Part shown: positions 10,399 to 19,854 of the stretch, one piece after another
Layout: every line of letters begins with the position of its first letter
How positions within the stretch are numbered: the first letter of the stretch is position 1
Assembly: GCF_000142905.1 (NCBI RefSeq)
Contig: NW_013657604.1
Coordinates: forward strand, 1 to 62,085
Direction: 5' to 3'
DNA length: 62,085 nucleotides
From: Thecamonas trahens ATCC 50062
Taxonomy: Eukaryota; Protista; Apusomonadida
Notes under the pieces: model-generated
What the model was told of the DNA's origin: nothing
Database searches by the model: none
The model's input: the letters and a program-made list of their open reading frames with translations, nothing else
Position numbers and translations under genes: made by a program

Positions 10399-10428
10399 GC
10401 GGGCGGCGGCCGTCGGGCCGCCGCCCGC
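10399..10428. terminator. Hairpin between convergent genes
   Basis: Perfect 13-bp stem GCGGGCGGCGGCC-GTCG-GGCCGCCGCCCGC; no clear U tract. Confidence 0.55.
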
Positions 10429-10434
10429 GACGGA

Positions 10435-12137
10435 TCACGCGGCATCGAACAGGTTGCGGACGCGCGCCCATTCGTCGGCCGTCTTGAGACTGCCGTTCTC
10501 AGTGTACGCCCGCACGGGGAACGCTAGCCAGCCGGGCAGCCAGCCCTCGACCTTGGCGCGGCCGTTCGCGCCGTCGAGGCAGTCGCGGATGATCTTCTTC
10601 TGCGTCTTCGCTTTCTCCGCGACGTTGGCGTCGGCACACCGCTTGCCCGCGACCTCGGCCAGCATGGCGTTGAGCACGGCCTTGTCGCGGATCATGTCGA
10701 AGAACGCGTCATCGGGCTGCCAGTGCTGCCCCGCGTCCACGCCCAAGTGGTTGCCGACCGCCTCGACCACAGCGCTCCCCGCCGCCATCGTTTCGGCCAT
10801 GACGCAGGCGGCAATACGCAACACGTCGTCATCGGACAGCGCCAGCAGCTTGGCGAATACGACCGCCGTGGGATAAGCGTCGTAGCCCGGCTGGGTCACG
10901 CTGTGGTGATAGTCGGGCCGGTCGAGCAAGGCCAGCACTGCCTGCCGCTCGGCGTCGAATGCCTGCTGCGCCGGGCTGTTCGCGACGCTCTCGGCGATGG
11001 CGTCACTGCCGGCCTGCTGCGGCTCGGGCTCCACCTGCCAGTGACCGGAGGACGCGACGGCATGCGCCACCATGAGCCGCAACGCCACGCCCGGGTGGGC
11101 TACGAGCGCGAGGCGGACCACGGCGTGACGGTGCAGGTCGAGGTAGTTCTGCATCGCCTTGGTGGCCTCGGGGCGCGCGACGGTGGCAGCCTCGGTCGCG
11201 TCGCCGTCCGCGTCCGCCGAGGCGGCTTTCTTGGCCGCACGGCGGACCTCCTTGCGGCTGAGCCAGCCCTCGTGGACCTCGACCTCGCCCCGGTGCGAGA
11301 CGGCGATGAACACCTTGCCGCCCTTCGTCTTCGGGGTCTTCTCGTGCTCCCAGCTATGGAAGTATTGGCCGGGCTCCAGCACGACGACCTCCGCCCATCC
11401 GGCTTCCAGAAGCGCGTCCCGCTTCGCCGCGATGGCCTCGTTCTGCTTCTGCCAGAACAGGTCGGCATCGGCGAAGTAGGCGTCCTCGCCGAACAGGTCG
11501 GCGACGATCTGGCCGGGATAGTCCTCCACCGGGAACAACGCGGCGCTGGTAGGGATCGACTGGCCGCCGAACAGCCACTGCTTCAACTGGAAGCCGCGCG
11601 GCGCGTATTGCTCTGGGTCGGCGAACAGGGCGAGCCAGTCCTTCTGCTGCGCCTTCGAGGCCAGGGTGAGATGGCGCACGGTCTCGGCGTCGATCTCGCC
11701 CTTGCGATAGGCCGTCCTGATCCTCGGCATCAGGTTCCCGAGGGCGAGGCGGCGCTTCACCATGACCTCGGNNNNNNNNNNNNNNNNNNNNNNNNNNNNN
11801 NNNNNNNNNNNNNNNNNNNNNNNNNNNNNNNNNNNNNNNNNNNNNNNNNNNNNNNNNNNNNNNNNNNNNNNNNNNNNNNNNNNNNNNNNNNNNNNNNNNN
11901 NNNNNNNNNNNNNNNNNNNNNNNNNNNNNNNNNNNNNNNNNNNNNNNNNNNNNNNNNNNNNNNNNNNNNNNNNNNNNNNNNNNNNNNNNNNNNNNNNNNN
12001 NNNNNNNNNNNNNNNNNNNNNNNNNNNNNNNNNNNNNNNNNNNNNNNNNNNNNNNNNNNNNNNNNNNNNNNNNNNNNNNNNNNNNNNNNNNNNNNNNNNN
12101 NNNNNNNNNNNNNNNNNNNNNNNNNNNNNAACTGCAT
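10435..12137 (-). CDS. ParB/RepB/Spo0J family protein (ICE-type), N-gap inside
   Basis: ATG CAG at 12137 with GGAGAG RBS; VKRRLALGNL HTH region; DLFGED; WLPGWLAFP C-terminus. Confidence 0.8.
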
Positions 12138-12207
12138 AGTCACTCTCCATGGTCTGAGGTTTGGCGGCCCCTCCCCTCGCAGCGCGCAGGCGGGGGCCGT
12201 GCGCCGC

Positions 12208-12627
12208 CTATCGGCGCGTCGGTCCCGCCCCGTCGGGCGGAAGCTCGGGATTGCGGATGCGGAGCGCGGCGGCGGCCTGCGACAGCATGCGCTCGGACTC
12301 GGTGATGCGGCCCGCGATGCGCGCCGCCTCGGCATAGACCGAGAGCGGAAAGCGGGCGGCGAAGTGGAGGTCGCGCTCGATGCCGAGCCTGAGCGGTCCC
12401 TTGACGCTCTCAAGCTCGGCGAGGCTGACATAGCCAAGCTCGGGACAGCCGAAGCCGAGGTCGCAGAGCCCGAACAGACTGTCGCCGTCCGGCATCATCT
12501 CGGTGATCAGCCACGTGGCCGCGCCGGTCGGGTCGAACAGCTTCACGACGGGGACGTGGTCGGTCTCGCGCTCGGCGGCGCCGTTGGCGAGCAGGCGCTG
12601 GCGGATGTCGTCAGGGATCAGGATCAT
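12208..12627 (-). CDS. DUF2958 family protein
   Basis: PVVKLFDPTGAATWL, FGLCDLGFGCPELGYVSLAEL, IERDLHF. Confidence 0.88.
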   Translation of the reverse strand: MILIPDDIRQRLLANGAAERETDHVPVVKLFDPTGAATWLITEMMPDGDSLFGLCDLGFGCPELGYVSLAELESVKGPLRLGIERDLHFAARFPLSVYAEAARIAGRITESERMLSQAAAALRIRNPELPPDGAGPTRR

Positions 12628-12641
12628 GGCGGGCCTCCGGG

Positions 12642-12845
12642 TCAGAACAGGTCGAGCTGGTTGCGCGCGTCCTCGTCGAACAGGCCGACGTTCAACGGCT
12701 TCTGCGGGACGCGCGGGGTGAGCGGCGCGGCCATGCGCGCCTCGATGCGTTCGCGCTGGCTGACCGGGCGGACGCCGGGAACGAGGGTCTGCTCGCCCTC
12801 TTGTGTCGGCTCGCTGGCGAGTGGCACGGGAGCGGGCGCGCTCAT
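12642..12845 (-). CDS. Small hypothetical protein
   Basis: 67 aa, ATGA-coupled to ardC; ends GLFDEDARNQLDLF. Confidence 0.65.
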   Translation of the reverse strand: MSAPAPVPLASEPTQEGEQTLVPGVRPVSQRERIEARMAAPLTPRVPQKPLNVGLFDEDARNQLDLF

Positions 12846-13747
12846 GCCGCCGCTCCCGCCGCGCCCGCCGTCTCACGGAAAGCCAACAGATAATCGGCGG
12901 CCTTGGAGGCGTGGCTCGCGGCGCGGAAGATGGCGCGGTTGTCCTCGCGCAAGACCTCGAGCCATGAGCCGATGTAGTCGGCATGGCGCACGGTGGGCGC
13001 GATGGCGAGGCTGGCGCAGACGAACGCGCTCGCCATCTCGGCGACCAGTTCCTCGCGGGCGTAGGCCTTGCAGCCGAACGAGCCCGACAGGTCGCGGGCG
13101 AGCCGGGAGGCGTGCCCGGTCCAGTGGCCGAGCTCGTGAAAGCACGTCCGGTAGTAGTTGATCTGTTCGAAAAAGGCGGGCTGCGGCGGTACCTGTATGA
13201 AGTCCGCGCTCGGCACGTAGAAGGCGCGCTCGCCGCCGATGCGGAAATCGGCACCGGTCGCGGCAATCAGCGCCTCGGCGTGCGGGACGGTCTCGCGCTC
13301 GGGCAGCGGTGCCGCCCCGCCATGGACACGCTCGGGCAGGTCCTCGCACTGCGCGACGTTGAACACGGTGAAGCGTTTGAGGAAGGGCACCGCCTGCGGC
13401 TCGTCGCCCGTCTCCGCCGCGCGCTTCCGCTCGTCCTTGGGGATGAAACGGTCGGCGTAGACGACGGTGGTGCCGCGCTCGCCCTTGCGCACGTGCCCGC
13501 CCAAGGCAAGGGCTTGGCGGAAGGTCAGCCAGTGCTGCGCGGCGTATCCCTTCTCGATGACCGCGCCCCACAGGATCAGGATGTTGATCCCGGAATAGCT
13601 GCGCTCCGTCGCCGCGTTCCGGGGTAGGCCGACCCCGGCCTTGGCCTTGCCCCAGGGCTGGACCCATGGCACCCGCCCGGCCTCAAGCTCGGCAATGATC
13701 CGGTCGGTGACCTCCTGATAGACCGTCTCCCGCTTGCGCTCCGGCAT
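12842..13747 (-). CDS. ardC: ArdC-like ssDNA-binding antirestriction protein
   Basis: YQEVTDRII..LEAG..PW..PW, YSGIN, WLTFRQA, HELGHWTGH zincin, YAREELVAE. Confidence 0.92.
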   Translation of the reverse strand: MPERKRETVYQEVTDRIIAELEAGRVPWVQPWGKAKAGVGLPRNAATERSYSGINILILWGAVIEKGYAAQHWLTFRQALALGGHVRKGERGTTVVYADRFIPKDERKRAAETGDEPQAVPFLKRFTVFNVAQCEDLPERVHGGAAPLPERETVPHAEALIAATGADFRIGGERAFYVPSADFIQVPPQPAFFEQINYYRTCFHELGHWTGHASRLARDLSGSFGCKAYAREELVAEMASAFVCASLAIAPTVRHADYIGSWLEVLREDNRAIFRAASHASKAADYLLAFRETAGAAGAAA

Positions 13748-14164
13748 GGCAAACCTCCGCTCGCAAAACCTCGCGCGCCTTTCCCCGGAAGCGGGGTGGG
13801 CGGCGAGATGCGACCGGACAGGCCCGCCGAAGAGGCGGACCGCACCCGGAGGGCCGGAACGGAGTGGAGGACCCGGAGCGCAGCGGAGGGTTGCGGGACG
13901 CCGCGGCGGGCCTAGAAGGGAGCGCCGCCCACTCCGCGCCACCGGGAAAGGCAACAGAAACAAGTTCGCCGCCCGCAAGGGCGGCGGCCGTCGGGCAGCC
14001 CGCAGGGCTGCCTATCGCGCCAGGGATCGAAGCCCGAAGGGCCGAGACGCCGTCAGGCGGCTCGGTTCACGAGAGCCCGGCGAGCGGCCGCGAGGCCGGG
14101 CGGGCGCCCTAATCGGAGAACCAAGAGCCGAAATCGATGAACTCGGGGAGCGAGGAACAGCGCC

Positions 14165-14401
14165 TCAGAGTTGAGGCTCTTTCGCGGATGTGGCGGGCCG
14201 GCGCAGGAGATCCGCTGCCTCCACGCCAAGACCCTGGGCGAGCCTGTCCACCACCTCGATGCTGGCGGCGTAAACGCTGCGCTCCAAGGCGCTGATATAG
14301 GTGCGGTCGATGTCCGCGCGGTCGGCGAGTTCTTCCTGCGACAGGCCCTGGGCCTGCCGGTATTTTCGCAGATTGAGCGCCAGCACCTCTCGTATTTCCA
14401 T
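14165..14401 (-). CDS. qseC: XRE HTH regulator, QseC-like
   Basis: LSQEELADRADIDRTYISALER; divergent from qseM-like gene. Confidence 0.8.
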   Translation of the reverse strand: MEIREVLALNLRKYRQAQGLSQEELADRADIDRTYISALERSVYAASIEVVDRLAQGLGVEAADLLRRPATSAKEPQL

Positions 14402-14419
14402 GGACGAGAGAGCACCGGC

Positions 14420-14454
14420 TTGTTGAGTATTTCACCACGGAGTATTTTCAACAA
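14420..14454. promoter_or_regulatory. Candidate QseC operator region
   Basis: Inverted repeat TTGTTGA/TCAACAA enclosing direct repeat GAGTATTT x2, in the qseC-qseM intergenic region. Confidence 0.5.
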
Positions 14455-14529
14455 TCGGCGAGATGTCGGCGTTGCAAGCCTGTTGCGGGCTTTACAGCCG
14501 AGACGCGAGCGGCGACGCGGGCAGCAACA

Positions 14530-14817
14530 ATGGCAGAGGAATTCCGCACGATGCCGACGGATAATCAGGCGCCGAAAGCCGCCGACCAAGTCCCTTGGGC
14601 GGAGCGGATCACGCCCTACGACGAATCCCATTTCGTGACCTACCTGCGGCTGTTGGATGCCGAGGCGGACGGGGCCGACTGGCGGGAGGTCTCGCGCTTG
14701 GTGCTCGGACGGGACCCGGATACCGACGCCGCCGCCCGCCGCTGTTGGGAAGACCACCTCGCGCGGGCGCACTGGATGACGCGATCCGGCTACAGGCAAC
14801 TACTCGAAGACGCCTGA
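14530..14817 (+). CDS. qseM: QseM-like antiactivator (stand-alone DUF2285)
   Basis: ITPYDESHFVTYLRLLDA, HLARAHWM..GYRQLL; convergent with msi171. Confidence 0.85.
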   Translation: MAEEFRTMPTDNQAPKAADQVPWAERITPYDESHFVTYLRLLDAEADGADWREVSRLVLGRDPDTDAAARRCWEDHLARAHWMTRSGYRQLLEDA

Positions 14818-14825
14818 GCGGCGCC

Positions 14826-15645
14826 TCAGCGGAGGAGCTTGCGGTATCCGCCGCGCATGAGCTCCCGTCCGCGGCGGACGGCGCGACGCACCTGGTCGCG
14901 CAAGTGGTCGCGCGGATCGCGCCAGTCGGCCTCGACGCGCGCCTCGCCGAAGAGCGCCACGGCGATCTCGCGATAGGGTGCGCCGGCGAGCCAGCCGTCC
15001 AGCGCCTGCAGCACCACGCGGAGCCGCCGCCCGCGCGGCTCGATCATTCGATAGTCTGGAAATCGGCCGCGCCCAACGATATTGGCGAGGCCTTCGAGCG
15101 TAGCGAGACGGGCGCGGAGATGCACGGCCGGGAGAACGGCATCGGTCAGCAGGCGCACCGGCTCGGACAGGCTTGTACCCCGGATGTCGAGTTGAAGCGC
15201 GCAGCCGGATTCCGAAAAGAGAAGGTGCTGCCGCCCGTCGGGCATCCGGAGGAGCGCCGCCCGGCACGGGACCTCCGACAAGCTGAAGCGGCCGCTATCG
15301 CCCTGCACGGCGGCGGGAAGCGCGCGGATCGGCAGCACGTGCGGACACGCGCGCGAATCCCAGAAGACGACGGCCTCGGTCGCCGTCCGCTCGGGCGCAT
15401 CGGCGAAAAAACAGGCACCAGTTGGCCAGCTCGGGCAGCTCCGTCCGCGCCGTCATGATTGTCAGGTTCGGCGCGGGCCGTTCGATCGCGACGGCCGCCG
15501 AGGCCTCGGACCAGGCGCGCCGGTAGGCCGCGTCGCGGCGCAGGAACTCCCACGCCCACCCCCGCCGCGGCAAGGCGGCGGTGTAGTCGTAGGCCGCGCA
15601 TCGGCGCCAATCCGCACCGGGGCTGCTGTTCGGCGGCTTGACCAT
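14826..15645 (-). CDS. fseA: FseA transcriptional activator from msi172 (15295-15645) + msi171 via +1 programmed frameshift, about 272 aa
   Basis: msi172 AWEFLRR motif; TGG TGC CTG TTT TTT CGC at 15420-15403; +1 frame open (FADAPERTATEAVVFW) into a DUF2285 domain ending GGYRKLLR. Confidence 0.85.
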
Positions 15646-15753
15646 ACCGGCAGGCTCCGCGTCGAGCGCGGGAGAAGACCGTCGCCTGCCCCCGATATCC
15701 CCCGTTTTCTGCGATCTCCTCCCCAGTGCCTGATTCCGAGCGCCGGGCCGAGC

Positions 15754-16386
15754 TCACGCGGCGGCGGACGCGACCGGCGCCCAGAGCACCGGGCCCGTAA
15801 GGTCGCCGCGCCGTCGCACGTTGGCGAGGCCGGCCAGGGAGACCTCGAGATAGCCGGCGACCGATCGCGTGCCGGCGAACGACCGTGGCGCCGCGATGCG
15901 CCGCAGGGGCCAGCCCGCGCGCCGCAGGATCCGTTCCATGGCGACGTCGGTGACGGTGACGATGTCGGAGAGGCCGCGGGACAGCCCGAACTCGATCATG
16001 CCCGCGAAGAGCTCGAAGGTCGCCCGGGCGACGCCATGCGCGCCTTCAGGGCCGTCGCGTTCGACGTCGAGCGCGAAGCGGCTGCTCTCCCACACGGCCG
16101 GGTCCGACGGCGCCGGCGCCCCGGCCAGCAGCGCGGCGAAGGTCTCCGTCAGCATGGTCGGGCCAATCGTCGGCAACAGCCGCACGCAGCCCTGGACGCG
16201 GCCGCCGGCGCCACGCTGCAGGAGATAGACGGGGTGGAGCGCGTCGAAGGTGTCGATCTCCATGTCGCCGCTGACCTCGACGTCCCAGTCGAGCCGCTGC
16301 TTGAAGACGCGGTAACGTAGGCGGTACATCTCGGCGAGATCATCGGCGAACGCGCCGTACCGGTCGGACGTGATGAGTTGCATCAT
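15754..16386 (-). CDS. traI: LuxI-family acyl-homoserine lactone synthase
   Basis: RLRYRVFKQRLDW, EIDTFD, GCVRLLPT, WESSRF. Confidence 0.93.
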   Translation of the reverse strand: MMQLITSDRYGAFADDLAEMYRLRYRVFKQRLDWDVEVSGDMEIDTFDALHPVYLLQRGAGGRVQGCVRLLPTIGPTMLTETFAALLAGAPAPSDPAVWESSRFALDVERDGPEGAHGVARATFELFAGMIEFGLSRGLSDIVTVTDVAMERILRRAGWPLRRIAAPRSFAGTRSVAGYLEVSLAGLANVRRRGDLTGPVLWAPVASAAA

Positions 16387-16443
16387 GATCGCCTCCTGCG
16401 AAGGGGAACTTTCGCGCATTGGAGGCGAACAGCTGGCGCGAGA

Positions 16444-16467
16444 CACCCTGTGCACTTGCACGGGGTG
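16444..16467 (-). promoter_or_regulatory. tra/lux-box-like palindrome upstream of traI
   Basis: CACCCTGTGCA-CT-TGCACGGGGTG (one mismatch); TGTGCA/TGCAC half-sites as in tra boxes. Confidence 0.7.
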
Positions 16468-16482
16468 ACGAGGTGCCCCCGC

Positions 16483-17208
16483 TCAGTGCAACGTCGGCTT
16501 GGATGCGGACAGGCGTGCCACGGCCTGGCAGACCGTGCGGACGTTGAGCTTCATTTTCGCGTTGTCGAGGTGGAACGCCACCGTGCGGCGGGAGATCCCG
16601 AGGATGCGGCCGATTTCCCAGGCGGACTTGCCCTGGGCCGCCCACTCCAGGCACTCGAACTCGCGCGGCGACAGCGCGGCGCCGTCGACGACGCGGTCGG
16701 CGGCAAGCTTGCGGCGGGCATGGGCGTGGAAATACAGCGCCATGAGCTGCAGGGCCGTGGCGTGCGCCTCGACGCTGCGGCGGAACGCCGGATGACGCTC
16801 GTCGGCGGCGAAGGTCACGGCGGCGACCGGCCCACGCCCGTCGTGGATCGGAATGGTGAAGCCGCAGCGGATGCCGAAGGCGGCCGCCTCGTCGAAGAAC
16901 TGCTGTTGCCGCTTGGTGAGCTCAGACTGCCCGGCGCCGGGCCCCCATTCGAAGGGATCGGCACCGCGCGTCGCCTGGAGGATGACCGGGTCGACGCGCT
17001 CGTAGTGGCTTTCGACGTAGTGGCCGATCCAGGCGGCCGGATAGGTGGAGACCACCAGCGCCTCCGCCCCACGCCGGTGGGGCATGGACAGATAGGCGAA
17101 GCAGGTGAGGTCGAGCGCGGCCGCTGCGTCGGCCATGGCCTTGTGCAGGTCGTCGAGGTCGACGCTTTCCGCGAGGCGGTCGATGAAGGTCTGAAAGATG
17201 CGATGCAT
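16483..17208 (-). CDS. traR: LuxR-family AHL receptor
   Basis: YPAAWIGHY, VDPV, PFEW autoinducer-binding residues; LSPREFECLEWAAQGKSAWEI HTH. Confidence 0.92.
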   Translation of the reverse strand: MHRIFQTFIDRLAESVDLDDLHKAMADAAAALDLTCFAYLSMPHRRGAEALVVSTYPAAWIGHYVESHYERVDPVILQATRGADPFEWGPGAGQSELTKRQQQFFDEAAAFGIRCGFTIPIHDGRGPVAAVTFAADERHPAFRRSVEAHATALQLMALYFHAHARRKLAADRVVDGAALSPREFECLEWAAQGKSAWEIGRILGISRRTVAFHLDNAKMKLNVRTVCQAVARLSASKPTLH

Positions 17209-17469
17209 CCGTCTTCCTTCCGATCGACGCGAATGGGGCCTTCCATTTCGGATCGTCTTGCCGTCGCCTGCCCAGGGCCCATACGCGAAATCCGTTGCAG
17301 GAATTCTATCGCTGGTGCGCTCGACGAAACAAGCAACGAACCAAAACTTGTGAGGACTGTTATTGGCCATACGCCTCGGAAACAACGGCCGATCTTCGGT
17401 TTCCTGCCCTCCTCCGGACGATGTCGGCATCGTCGGCCACCGTCGCCGGCGGTCACCGTGATCGTCGCT

Positions 17470-18371
17470 TCACGTCACGACGCCAGGGGATCCCCCTTCC
17501 GACCATTGCCGGTCAAACGGCTGCCCTTGGCGGAGCGCTTCCGTGAGCGGCGTGAGGAATTCCCTGATGGAGCCGACCACATCGGGGAGCGCCGGTGGCG
17601 GAAGAGCCGGGCGTCCCCGGCGTTGGAATGCCTGCCACTGCTGCTGCTTGCCCCGGTCGCCCGCGAACTCGTCGCTCAGCCCCACCGGGGTGACCTCGGG
17701 CAGCGCGGTGCCGCGCCGGTCGAAGGTGACGCGGACCGCCGGGGCGAGCGTCTGTCCATCGAACGGGAAGGACGACGCCAGCACCCAGAGATCGTAGAAG
17801 TCCTTCATCCGGCTGTTCAGCATGCCGAGCGAGACGATCGCCTCGTACTTTTCGGCGACTACCGTCTCCCGTGGATAGGCGCGGATGCGCGGGGCGGGAA
17901 GCGCGAGAAGCGACGGGGACTCGATCTCCTCGGCCTTCGGCGTCACGGCGTCGCCGAAACCGATGTCGACCTGAACCGATAGGCGGGCACTGGCGAGCTG
18001 TGCCTCGAGGCGCACGCGGGCGCCGGGGTGCCCTTCCTCGTCCCGCATCGGCTCGACCTGGACGGACTCGGTGATGAACTCAAGGCCGTCGTCTTCCTCC
18101 ACGGGCGTATCGCAGAGCGCCCGGAAGGTCGTGGTCAGCGCCTCGATGTCCCGTTCGCCGAAGCCGAGAAGGTCGAGGTCGCGCGTGGCGCGATACGGTT
18201 CACCGGTCCAGAGGATGAAGAGCAGGGCGCCTTTCAGGATGAAGCGGTCCCAATGACCAGACGTCCCGAGGCGATAGAGAAGCCGTTCCAGGGCGTAGCG
18301 GATGAAGACGAGATCGACGTCCTCGCCGCGCTCGCGGGCGCGGTTGGTGAGGCGCTGGCGAACGGACGCCG
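17470..18371 (-). pseudogene. AbiEii/AbiGii nucleotidyltransferase toxin lacking its start codon
   Basis: Frame open upstream of 18102 (ASVRQRLTN..RYALERLLYRL..FILKG); AEKYEA, SRMKDFYD; first codons replaced by IS end; no AbiEi. Confidence 0.8.
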
Positions 18372-18586
18372 AGAGGTGGCTCGGCTTGTCTGAACAGTTT
18401 CGGGGCTGTCGCTAAGTGGATGTCCGCCTAGGTTAGGCTGCGGCCGGGATTGGCTGCTGCGTCGTGAGATATGCCTGATCGGGGGCCTGCCCGCCAAGCG
18501 ATGATTGGGGTCTCCGGCCGTTGTAGAACGCCAGGTACCGGCTGATCGAGGCGCGGGCCTCCGGTACGTTGGCATAGGCGCGCAGT
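18372..18586 (-). mobile_element. IS3-family remnant (transposase C-terminus and terminal sequence)
   Basis: LRAYANVPEARASISRYLAFYNGRRPQSSLGGQAPDQAY; end sequence CCACTTA...CTGTTCAGACAAGCCGAGCCACCTCT. Confidence 0.8.
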
Positions 18587-18793
18587 TGGCGTCGAACGCC
18601 GCCTTGCCTGCTCTTGCGAGGGGCAGAGCCTCGGAACGGTGACGTCAGTCGTCGTGTCGCGCGACAATGGTGCGATGGCTTTCCATCCGACAAAGACAGC
18701 ACCGGCAGCGACCACGGTGATGACAAAAATGGCGGCCGGACTTGAACGGCGCTGCAGGTCCGTGGCTGAGCGCTTATACTTCTTTTGGTTCAT
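18578..18793 (-). pseudogene. Truncated, frameshifted membrane-anchored cytochrome c
   Basis: N-terminal TM helix then, after a frame change, AGKAAFDANCA cut at the CxxCH position. Confidence 0.5.
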
Positions 18794-18895
18794 GTCTAAT
18801 CTCTTCCGATGCGTTGGCATCCAGTCGAGAGTCGTGCGGGCGCCGTCGACAACCGGTCATTCCGACTGGTCTATGGAGCCGATAATGAATTCGGC

Positions 18896-19567
18896 TCATT
18901 GTCGGTCCCCCTCAACGGCCGGGCTGGTGAAAATGTCTTTGAGGCGGGGCATGAACCGGGGCACTCTCTCGGCGTAGCGTCGGTACACGTCACCCAATTC
19001 GGCTTCGACTTCCCGCTCTTCGCGCAGGGAAAGACGCCAGTACATGACAAGCAGAACGGGAAACATCGCCAGTGTGAGAATGGTCGGCCACTGGAACAGG
19101 AACCCAACCAGAATCAGGACGAAGCCGACATATTGAGGATGGCGAATGCGGGCGTAAGGCCCCGTGGTCGCGAGCGTTCCCGTCCGTTGTGCTTGGTAAA
19201 GGACGCGCCAAGCGGCGGAGAGCAGGATGAACCCGCCGCCGATAAAGCCGAAACTCAGAATGTGGAAGGGCCCGAGGTGCGGGTTTGCCTTCCAGCCAAA
19301 CAGCATTTCCAGGAGATGGCCGGAATCATGGGCAAGCCAGTCGACGCTTGGGTAGTTGGTCTGCAACCAGCCCGATAGGAAATATATGGTGAGCGGGAAG
19401 CCGTACATCTCAGTGAAAAGCGCGACCAGAAAGGCGCTGAAAGCACCGAATGAGCGCCAGTCCCGGCCAGTCTTCGGCTTAAAGAAGCTAAAGGCGAACA
19501 GGATGAAGATCGCCGAGTTGACCACCACCAAGAACCAGAGGCCGTAGGCTGGAACTTCGTTGCTCAT
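18896..19567 (-). CDS. Isoprenylcysteine carboxyl methyltransferase family membrane protein
   Basis: ATTGPYARIRHPQY, REERE, YAERVPRF. Confidence 0.88.
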   Translation of the reverse strand: MSNEVPAYGLWFLVVVNSAIFILFAFSFFKPKTGRDWRSFGAFSAFLVALFTEMYGFPLTIYFLSGWLQTNYPSVDWLAHDSGHLLEMLFGWKANPHLGPFHILSFGFIGGGFILLSAAWRVLYQAQRTGTLATTGPYARIRHPQYVGFVLILVGFLFQWPTILTLAMFPVLLVMYWRLSLREEREVEAELGDVYRRYAERVPRFMPRLKDIFTSPAVEGDRQ

Positions 19568-19806
19568 CTGTCGTCCTCCCGCGGTTCGTCGCGGTGCGAT
19601 CCGTGATCGCCCCCGTGGCTGCCATGCATGAAGAAATGCATGCCCACGCAGAGTCCGAGAATGAGGAGGAGCGGCAGATAGCCCAGAATATGCGCGGCAT
19701 GCTCTTCCCACAGGAAGTAACCCGCCACTGCCAGGAATCCGAGCAACACCATGCCCGAACGGGAGAAAATGAAGCTCCGAAAGCCGCTGGTTTCATGCTG
19801 CGCCAT
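19564..19806 (-). CDS. DUF2933 family protein
   Basis: WEEHAAH..LLILGLCVGMHFFMHGSHG. Confidence 0.85.
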   Translation of the reverse strand: MAQHETSGFRSFIFSRSGMVLLGFLAVAGYFLWEEHAAHILGYLPLLLILGLCVGMHFFMHGSHGGDHGSHRDEPREDDR

Positions 19807-19854
19807 GTCGCGTCCCCTCTTCCGACCCTCGTCGTTTCCGAAATACGGTCGAGG

